Of a stretch of 64,000 bases of DNA, positions 36,933 to 46,275 are shown one piece after another. Position numbers and translations under genes: made by a program. The stretch lies in contig OZ076409.1 of the NCBI GenBank assembly GCA_964187785.1, forward strand, positions 76,448,001 through 76,512,000, in the 5' to 3' direction. Position 1 is the stretch's first letter; every line of letters begins with the position of its first letter. The notes beneath the pieces are model-generated. The model saw nothing but the letters and a program-made list of their open reading frames with translations. It made no database searches and was not told where the DNA came from. The stretch is from Amphiscolops sp. MND2022 (Eukaryota).

Positions 36933-39313
36933 GTGGTCGGGGCGCTCTCCCAACCTCTTCCGCCGCCTCGGGGAGGGTCCTGATTGGCGGCACCCCTTAT
37001 GGAAAACTTACTGTTAGAAACGCACCAGTGTAATGCTGATTTCGAAAACCACCCGTACGATTTTGCTCAAATTTTGCATGTAGCTCCCAAATTCCAATAC
37101 AAGAACTAATTCCTACTGCCATTTTTCCGGGAAAACTCAAAAAGTTGGTCAAAAATGACATTTTCTGAGTGAAAAATGGCCATTTTTTGACTTTTTTATT
37201 TTTGATCGGCTATAACTTTTTCCAGGGTGCTCGGATCGAAAAAAGTTTGTATAGGTAAAGTTGTTTGGCACTTCGAGTAGAACTCGTAGACAAATTTTGG
37301 TTGAGATCGGATGAAAATTGACTGAGAAATAACCGAAAAACCATCGATTTTTTGAAAAAAATTTTGACACACTAGTATGACTCTGCCGTTTTTCGGCCAA
37401 AGTTCTTTCTAGAACCTCGTCTAAAGTCCTCCCCTGGCTGAATTACCTCCCAGCAAAACCATTTGGCCCATTTGCCGAAGTTTCAGCGTTCCAGCATTCC
37501 CCGGGTAAAAGATAAATGACTTAGAATTTTTACAAAAAAATTTCAAAAAAAAATAATTTTTTCTTCAAGCTTCCCAAAGTCAAGGAACTTCCACACAACT
37601 AGTATTGCAAGTGAATGCATGTGGAAAGTGCTTGAATAGACGAGAAAAATGAGCTATTATGAAGCTCTGTAGCTTAACCTGATGTTGACTTATGACAATT
37701 TGAGTGCGTGCTTGCTATGTGGTGAAATTGAGAAACAACCTAAAATGAAAGCTAAGTCTGATCTAAAACTTACCGAATTGCTTTTATTCAGCCCCAAAGC
37801 TGTTCAATTGCCGCTATGTAGTGCAGCAACACTATCCAAGGCTTTTTAGGACGTTTTTAAGATGTCATTATGTTCTTTTTGGACAGTTTTTTTTGTACAA
37901 ATAGGACTTTATTTTTCGGGACCTAACACTTTTTGCCAAAAAAGTCAAACTTCGTCCACACAACTTAGATTGCAAGTGAATGCATGCGGAGAGTGCATGA
38001 AGTGATAAGGAAAATGAGCTATAGAACGCCCGTTTCCGACAACTTGACATGGACTTATAAGAGTTTGAAAAATCACAAAAAAATTGAACAACAATTCACT
38101 AACAGTGAGTTTGTAGTAAATGGCCCATATTTCCATACACAAGATTCTCAGCACAATTCTATAACTTTTCGTTTTTGTTGTCCGTGATTGTGCAACAAAT
38201 AAGTATTGGTAAAATTTTCTGTAAAACATCGCCGGAAAGAGAAAAATGCGGAGTTTATGAGTAATTTTGTTTGAAAAATGACAAAATAGTCTATCTCTGC
38301 CGTTTCAGCACAAATTTTTTAAAAAAAGACGCCCAGTAGGTAACCCATGGGCTAATTTCGTCTCAACAAAACGGTTGGGGTCATTTGCCGCAGTTTTAGC
38401 TTTATAGCATTCTCCGGGTAAAAGTTGTTGAACTTAGAAAATTTTTGAAATTTTTTCAATTTTTTTTTTTTAACTTCAGGCGGCCCAAAGTCAAGAAACT
38501 TCCACACAACTAGGATTGCAAGTAGATGCATGTGGAAAGCCCAGTAATTGGGGAGAAAAATGCCGTTTAGAACGTCTCTTTATCGTAACTTGATGTTGAC
38601 TTATGATTCTTTAAATGGGAGCTTGATTTGAGGTTAAGAAGTCAAAGTGTGTAAATGGAACGTAAGTCTGGTCAAAAACTCATTGGAATACATGCAATGA
38701 ACCTCAACTTATCCTCAATTACAGTTGTCTAGTGCAAAGGTCTTTCAAAGTTGTTTCACTTCTTTTGATAAGTGTTGATGGTATAAACCATCAGTTATAG
38801 AGAAACACGTAAGTACATTCTCATCTCTCCCCATCGGGGGAGATGAGAATGTACTCACCAAAGGTCAAAACTACTAAATGCCTTTTTTCTGTACAATTTT
38901 ATGTCACTGTCGAAACAAACATAAACAAATTAGTTTCCGACTCCTCCTTGGGGTTTTGGTTTGACTTCTGTAAAAAAAAGGGTACGAGGACTTGGAGATC
39001 TTTTAAGTGTTCCAAAAGAGACCTCCTATTTCACACCGTGGAAAACTTGAAGACATTTGTCATGAAACCACCTACTAGGCTTCTCTCTGAGTACGCAAGT
39101 TCAATAAGTAACACATTTTATCTTCCATATTTGCTCCGATGACCAGGATTGGAAACTAAATTAACCCAAGGTACTTAGCCAAAACGAGCAATACCAACTT
39201 TTGATTGAAAACCTCATCACAGTTTTTCTTTGAAAATTACCTTCATTGACTTCTCAATTTATCAACTCAATCTCCTTAAGCGGCCCTATTTTGACACAAG
39301 CCTGCAGCGCTAG
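36933..39313 (+). mobile_element. Terminal module L, 2381 bp, with internal duplications
   Basis: The core TCCACACAACT..GCAAGT..ATGCATG occurs three times (~37590, 37955, 38500). It ends AAGCCTGCAGCGCTAG, like module A. Confidence 0.75.
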
Positions 39314-39919
39314 GTCAATCAACTCATCAAGGTCTGCGTTGTCGATCGACTCAACAGCTCGCACCAAACGTGATGAGAAGTGGGGAGATATAGTTTCTTC
39401 GGTACATGGTTTTGATAATACAACTTGCAAACACAGACCAACGCGGGATATTCCTTGGTTGGTTATTTCCTGGTCAATCAAAAGTCCGATATTGGCTCGA
39501 TTACTCCATATAAAGGCCAATGGATCAACACTTTCAGTTTGAACATCTAGTCGCAAAATTTTGAAGTGAGAATTCAAGGCTAACACTGTTTTAGAAACCT
39601 GCGGAATCGAGGCCCAATTGACTTCTGTTGTAGTTGTCATTGTGGACGAAGATACAACAGGGTGCTCCCTGCTCTTGTGCGCGTGGAGATAGGACTCGTT
39701 TCCAAAAATTTTTGGGCAAGCATTACATTGAATGCTTTTATTGAATTTGTGAATATTCCTCAGATGGCGGATCAAATTCTTCGAAGAAGTACATGTTACT
39801 TCACCATGTCCACAACTGAAAGACCATAGTGAGGGCTCTTTTTTGTGAACAGCTCTGATATGTTTGAAAAGAAGTCGTTTGGTTTGGAAGTTGTCTCGGC
39901 AGTCTGGGCAAGGAAACAT
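39314..39919 (-). pseudogene. 5' part of a three-C2H2-zinc-finger ORF interrupted by the array; resembles the N-terminus of Maverick/Polinton-type PolB-associated proteins
   Basis: Fingers CPDC..HIRAVH, CGHGEVTC..HLRNIH and CNAC..HKSREH, then RVGLCLQVVLSK..HFSS..LDELID. The last 19 codons of the ORF-track call are read from module L sequence. The family assignment is from recall only. Confidence 0.65.
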
Positions 39920-40643
39920 TCTGGCAGTGGGTCAAACAAAAACTGAACGTTATATGATGGGTGAAAATTTGAAAAAATATTCTATAAACCAAAAAAGAAC
40001 AAAAGAAGTACTTTTCGAAACATGCCAGATCAAATTTAATTTTCACCCATCATTAGAGTAGATGTTAGAGAAGTAGGTTATTCAAATGCATGTCTATCAT
40101 TCAGTAGCTAAACTTTAAAGGATTCTCCGTTGTGTTAATTATATACCAAGAAGAATACTTAGGTTCACCAAAGTTGAACGAAAGTCGAGTTATCAAGGTT
40201 CATCTACAAATATAGACGACTGAGAAGAAAATTTGAAGTCCAACATTATCGAAATCAACTTCAATTGACATTGCATAATTAATTACTTCTAGGCAGACTC
40301 GTAAATGACCAGATTCTCAGTTATGTTTATTCGATAGAGAAAAGATCGTTTAGGTTCATTATTAAAGTTGAGCTGAAGTCAGCTTATCAGGGTTCATTAG
40401 CTTATTTGGACAATGTGTGAAACAGTTTTGACATTATCAAAATGAACTCGGAAAAACTTCGGGCCCTTTGAAAAACAAAGGTGTCAAAAAATTTGAAAAG
40501 TGACAAAAGATGAGATAAAAGTCGGCTGGAAAGGAGTATAAAAGGTGCACACTTGGAATATATCTTGATTGAAGTTCCTGTTGAAAAACGCTCAATATTG
40601 GTTTTTAAAACTCTGCATCGTTGAAATTTCCAAATCATCAACC

Positions 40644-41642
40644 ATGAACAACTCATTCTTTTCAATATTGATTCATGAATCAAGAGAGGTCACGGTTCGC
40701 GAAACACGAAAACCCGGACAAGAGAGCAGCATCGAAATAAAGGTCCTCAAGATGCGAGTTGACGAATTTGGCGAAGCTGGCGGGGTGATCGGCACCGAGG
40801 CTTCCTTCCCTGAGAAGGCCTTCACCAAACTGATGAGAATCAACTGGACAATAATTTTCTTCGGGATGCTGGGCAACGGTGAATTGCCTCAGGAGATGCT
40901 GGTGCCGACCCCCGCCGACGAGGACGCAGGGCTCCGTATGGAATCGCGTTTCACGTCAACAATTTTCTCTGAAGTCGGTAAGCATGAACATATTAAATAG
41001 GATTACTGTTGGTCAAAGAGAGAGGGACTCAGGCAAATTAGTCTTGAATCGAGCTTGAAAGATCACTAACATATTCAGTGCAACCCTTTTCTTTGGGCGC
41101 TTGTGCCTCACAAGACGATGAATTTATCAAGATGACTTAGGTTGTATTGAAGTGCTTTGTTTCAATTCGATAACACTGTTCTCATTTCATGTTTAGGAAA
41201 TAAGACAGCATTCAGGGCGTCAGTGAACATATACAACTCTAACATACATACAAAGAAGAGTGTGTATGTTACAATGAAGGCCTTCCGTTGGGAGCCCGAA
41301 TGGTCACAATTCAATCGAGTTGGGCAAGTAATTACGCTGCATCATTGTGAGATGATGCGGCTGATTACGGAATATAACTCCTATCTGGATAGAATTGTCG
41401 CTCCTTCTGGTAAGCCAACGGGAGAGAGCACTTGCGAGGAGGAAGACCGACCCTTGTCACTACTGAAAGCTGGGACGTCAAAGCGCACTAAAAAGACAGG
41501 ATCTTCCTCCTCGCAAGTGCAAAAGAAAATACCAAAAAAGACGGCCCTTGCGGAAGGGACTTCAACGACGCCCGCAGTTGATGCCCCAAAGGAGACCACT
41601 AGCGAAGAAATCACTATCGAAGATAGTGAGGATGAAAACTAA
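40644..41642 (+). CDS. Two-exon gene (40644-40977, 41197-41642), 259 aa; possible PC4/Sub1-like ssDNA-binding fold with low-complexity tail
   Basis: TATAAAAG at 40537, ACCATG start, and a phase-1 GTAAGC/TTTAG intron joining two ORF-track frames. FRASVNIYN..VYVTMKAF..GQVITLHHCEMMRL resembles PC4-family spacing (inference). Confidence 0.6.
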
Positions 41643-41964
41643 TTGTATAGATACAATTGATTTGTATTATTTTATTCAGTACCTAATTGTATATTGTTAT
41701 ATTACCTCAAAGTTTTGCTGCTAGTTAGCAAATGACGCATCAAGTTTGAAAAATACATCAAGTATTTCGAGTAAAAACAGTGAAAAAAGAAAGTCATCAT
41801 GAGAGCGGGTTTTCAAAGTGACTGCGATCAGATTCGATCCGCGTTCAAAATACTTTTCAAATTTTCAAATTGATCTAAAGATGAAAATTGAAGTACGGAA
41901 ATGTCCGAAAGTAGAAATTCATTTTAATTCCAAAATTGATTTGAGCAAAACCCCTTGCTCCAAT

Positions 41965-42062
41965 GCTTACTAAACGCGCCGTGCCGGCGCGCTGTTCCTT
42001 GCGGCCCAGTATTACGACTTACATGAATTCCATCGTGGTCTACACCACTAGGCTACAGGCGC
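41965..42062 (-). mobile_element. Possible tRNA-derived SINE head
   Basis: The minus strand begins GCGCCTGTAGCCTAGTGG (A-box-like). No clean B-box or cloverleaf. Confidence 0.3.
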
Positions 42063-42797
42063 ACTGATTTAGAATGAAATTGGAAGACTGTAATAAGCAG
42101 CGAGAAGAATTGATAAAAGCGATGAAAGCAGTATTGGGAATGAGAAACATCAAATAGAATTAAATTGAGAATACAGCTATTCGGTGTGGTGGCCGTTCAA
42201 ACTTCGATGACATTGAATAACTCTAGGGTTGAATTGAAACAGCATTGCAATTCAATCATTCCAAAACACATAGCATTGAATAAAATCAAACATTGGAAAG
42301 AATGATTAGCAGTAACACTTACATCGATAGTTCGAGTTTGTATAAATCGAATAAGTTCAAGGTTAAACAGAAATTTGCGAAAAATGCAGAATTTTGTGGA
42401 AAAACAATAGGGAGAAACGAAAGTGTGCGAATACCCCTACCAACGTATACTACTTATATGGTTGTAAATACTTAGAGGATTGTCTCTACAGCTGTTTTGA
42501 CGCTTCCAGCAAAAATATATTTCTTGCCTGGAACAAGTTAAAATTGTGTAGAAAGGCGCCTATTCCCACGCAAATGTTCCCCGCCACATAAAATTTAACG
42601 AGCAACTTTCAACTGGCAGTCAATGTAAAAGATAGGATTATGTCGACATCAATTGGACAAAAGTTTCAACTCAAACTATGTCGACAATGGTATTTGAACC
42701 TCGTTCCTTATTTTCTCTCTCCACCCCCTCCCCGCTCGGGGGCTGCTTGGAGGAAAATAAGAAACATGGTCCAATATGTTATATGACACACACGTAC

Positions 42798-42929
42798 CTC
42801 TGCTGGTGAAACTCCACACTGAGGGGTCTTTGATCATCTGCACGTTGCCCTGTGTGTCTGCGAAGACTGTGTCGAATGCCTGGTCGGGACATCTGCGGGG
42901 TCGGCTGCTGTCCGGGAACATACCCCCAC
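42798..42929 (-). CDS. Matrix metalloproteinase exon: start of the hemopexin domain
   Basis: RCPDQAFDTVFADTQGNVQMIKDPSVWSF fits hemopexin blade 1; phase 1-1 AG/GT boundaries. Confidence 0.85.
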
Positions 42930-43213
42930 CTACGTTCAGGGTCGTCAGGTCAATTCAATGAACCCAATAGAATTATTAAACCATAGGCCATGCAAGTAGT
43001 AGACACATTGCTCTATTTCTTCAAATTCTTTCCATAATTCTAGTATTAAGCAGCTATAGAAACACGGCTTGTGGTGCTTTGAAATGGGAATACACAAGAC
43101 TTAATTGTGCGAACTCGTTTTTAGGCGAGCGTAGCGTACGCGGAGGCGGAAGGCTGTGAAAAGTTCCTTTAGTTTCGACCAGGGTAACTCTTCAAGGAAA
43201 AGTTTATCCTTAC

Positions 43214-43321
43214 CTGAGTTTCCACCATCCGGTGTCCACGGAGAGGGGGTGGGAGAGGGGGAGGGAGAAGGCGAAGGAGAGGGTGATGGGGAAAGAGAAA
43301 CGGAGCCGCCTGTGTTTTGAC
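43214..43321 (-). CDS. Matrix metalloproteinase exon: Pro/Ser-rich hinge
   Basis: QNTGGSVSLSPSPSPSPSPSPSPTPSPWTPDGGNS; TTTTAG acceptor, GTAAG donor, phase 1-1. Confidence 0.85.
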
Positions 43322-43490
43322 CTAAAAGAGAACAGCTTCAAACATTATTCAAATTAGTTTCTCACCGTGGTCGGTTTCTTCCACTGTACCGTCCCCGCCG
43401 GGTATCAGTTCCCGTTGCTATTGTTTTTTGGAAAATAGTTGTGAAGAATTCATGTCATTTATATGTCTAAAAAGTTTTCATGAGAAACTT

Positions 43491-44866
43491 CAAGCCGGGA
43501 ATGGCATAAGTGCATAAGTCGGCCATACCTAAGGCTCAAAAGAAGCAAAATTACTTCAAAGCGTCAAGGATTCTCTTTTGAATAAATTCTCAATTTCAAG
43601 TACCGGAAAAGCCCAAAGAGAACTTTTTCGAAAGGGATGCATTATTTTCGAACCTCCGCTTTCTCCTTAGTCAGACGCAGCAAAATATATGGACTTTTAC
43701 CTAAGTAAAAATGGAGCCATTGAGAAAATAGTTCGTTCACTTCATTTTGGATTTTGCAGAAAGTAACTGCATTTACCCGAAATGGACGCCAGGGTCGAAT
43801 TCGTACCAGTTAGTTTTTGCAAACTACTGGAGGCACCAGCTCACCGTATGGTGGAAAAAACCCTTGAATGAGATTTTCAGACGATACTACATAGCATTGC
43901 ACTCATTTTCACGAAATATTGACTTGATGTCTCCGAGATCAAGAAAACGGGACCAAAAAAAATTAGCTCAGATTTTGCGTTTTTCGTTTTTGTTTGTGGC
44001 CACTTTATGCCATTGGTATCAGGATTGGGTCAAAGCGGCCCTAGCATATTTTTATTATTTCTGCGACAGGCGGAATATTAAAATTTCAAGATGTCAACTT
44101 TTTTTCAGTCAAATTCTTAGCATGATACTGAAAAATTCAGATTTTATGTTCGGCAGTGACTATAAGCGTGAGAAGTAAGTTTCTCAAGCTGCCGACGACA
44201 ATTCAATTCTCGTGCGAAGGAACGAGCGAGTGGTAATTATGCATTCGTACGCTGACGTCATTGAGATGAAGCGAGCGAATGTTCGTAATTATGCGTTAAT
44301 TATTCGTTCGTTGAGAGCTTCGCCTGAAGAGCTTCAGGTGATATTGCCTGTAAAGTTCAAGTTCCAGAACTTTGGATGCATCCAGAATTTTCGCCGTCCG
44401 TTTAGGGTTAAAGTAATAGATTTTTCAGTTGATGGTGATCAAAAAATTTGGGGTTCCACAATTTGCGAAGTAGACTCAAAAATTTCCAAAAACCACTTTT
44501 TAGTCGGCGCTTCATGAAGTGAAACGCGACTATAATAGTGACTTTTTTTTCAAAAAAAATTCAATCCACACGAACTGACCTAAATAGTTGTACAAAATTC
44601 TTCAAAAATTTTAAGCGGCCAAATTGTGCCATTTTTTCGTGCATGTTATTTCGGCTTTGTGAGACTTTCGCAAATTTTTTAAATGTCTCCAACGGGTCCC
44701 CGCTTCATTTTATTTTGATATTTTGCAACATGGTGGATATTAGAAAATCCCAAAGGGTACCCCTTAGGTTTTTCGGGTACTGTGGAAGAAAATTCTTGAC
44801 ATTTTGAAGCCGTTTTACTATTTTTGAGCCTTAATTGGGGCGCCGACCTATGCCGTTTCCGGCTTG
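43491..44866. mobile_element. Non-autonomous TIR element in the MMP intron
   Basis: Left end CAAGCCGGGAATGGCATA..GTCGG..TAAGGCTCAAAA matches the reverse complement of the right end (CAAGCCGGAAACGGCATAGGTCGG..TAAGGCTCAAAA). A similar terminus occurs at ~45917. No clear TSD. Confidence 0.55.
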
Positions 44867-45270
44867 TTTCGTATACATGCGGGGCGTTGTCGTATGATTG
44901 ACACTTGAGTTAAGAATCAGTATCAAAATAAATGTCGTTAAAATGAAAGAATTAAAGAACTACGAAAAAGTATATTTTTCTTGATAATTGCTATTTTTGT
45001 GTACCTCATATACACAGAAGACATGAAATGTTACCATTTAGACTTGCATTCTTTGAATTAGGTAAGAAAAGCAGCCATGTAACCCGAAACAAGTAGAGCT
45101 GATGATGCTTTACATGATTGCTGCTACTATTTGAAGATAGTTATGCATAGTTCATAACCGATGCAACCTGATTTGTACAACAAAAATGTTATTTTCGTGA
45201 ATCGATATTTCGCAATTGAACCGTGAGGAATACCTTGGTGTATATATGTGTGTATGTGTTATTCACTGAC

Positions 45271-45412
45271 CATATAAGGACTGGATTCCGTCAATGTCGT
45301 CCTCTCTGAGTCGGATGCTCTCTGTGAAGCTGGGATAGAAAGGGTACATCACGGCATCGAAGATGTCCGAATGGGCCAGTCCCAACCCGTGTCCGAACTC
45401 GTGGATGGCCAC
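45271..45412 (-). CDS. Matrix metalloproteinase exon: zinc-binding site and Met-turn
   Basis: Translates VAIHEFGHGLGLAHSDIFDAVMYPFYPSFTESIRLREDDIDGIQSLYG; AG/GT boundaries. Confidence 0.95.
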
Positions 45413-46075
45413 CTAGCGGCAATGATTGACAAAACTTTAGATTCCCATCATAAAATGAAAACTAATTTTTAAACTATTCTAAAAGAGCTATGACTAACTA
45501 AGTAATCTCGTCTTGTGGTCGCATAACTCTTGATACAACAATTGAGTGTTGTTTTTATGAGTATGCGGAAAACTCGTCGAAAGTAAAGAGCGGAAAACGG
45601 ATAGAAAATTAGCTCGTCGCGTCGAATAATTACAGATTACCAACAGGGATTATCCTGTGCTAATTATGAACTTTCGGCAGGTGCTTTTCGACGAGTTTTC
45701 CTAGATTCGTTTCTATGCATTCTGAGGTCCTACATATTTCTGAAGGTGAAACTGAATAAAAGCACTGAAGCGAAAATTGTAGAGGCGCTAGTGTAGAGAC
45801 GAAGGCGTTTAGTACATTTAGGAAACAAGAACTTTAGTTTTTTGAATTTGCTGCGATATTTCTTTGCCTCAAATGTTGACAGAGTGTTTTATATTCAGTG
45901 CACCCCTAACTAGAAACAAGCCGGGAACGGCCCACTGCAACGTTCATACTACTGAAAGCTTTCCTGAATGAAAACAACCAAAACATCAACCCTTTGCTGA
46001 TATAATTTTTTTGGAAAGTCGAACAGTACCGAAGAACTTCACAGAAGCGAGGAAAAATCTTTTTTAGTATGGTGC

Positions 46076-46275
46076 NNNNNNNNNNNNNNNNNNNNNNNNN
46101 NNNNNNNNNNNNNNNNNNNNNNNNNNNNNNNNNNNNNNNNNNNNNNNNNNNNNNNNNNNNNNNNNNNNNNNNNNNNNNNNNNNNNNNNNNNNNNNNNNNN
46201 NNNNNNNNNNNNNNNNNNNNNNNNNNNNNNNNNNNNNNNNNNNNNNNNNNNNNNNNNNNNNNNNNNNNNNNNNNN
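46076..46275. other. Assembly gap (200 N)
   Basis: Run of N. Confidence 1.

Larger units (their letters stand above)
1..39313 (+). mobile_element. Head-to-tail array of Helitron-like modules (1 autonomous, 18 complete non-autonomous, 1 partial), continuing off the left edge
   Basis: CTAG junctions end at 447, 2417, 3704, 4976, 19126, 20405, 21677, 22940, 24219, 25495, 26768, 28034, 29307, 30560, 31841, 33110, 34363, 35652, 36932 (each followed by GTG) and 39313 (followed by host GTC). Modules share internal motifs. A 3' CTAG matches the Helitron CTRR terminus in the orientation of the RepHel ORF. Confidence 0.85.

Noticed and set aside
19127..39313. Many recurring 60-130 aa ORFs within the modules
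   Set aside because: They recur only because the DNA is repeated. Frames break at homopolymer indels between copies and show no domain motifs.
1..39313. CRISPR array, suggested by the GGGCATGCCGAGGCATGCCC palindrome plus variable segments
   Set aside because: Spacing is ~1.27 kb, intervening DNA is homologous, there are no cas genes and the context is eukaryotic.
41965..42062. tRNA gene
   Set aside because: An A-box-like start only, with no T-arm/B-box or acceptor stem pairing.
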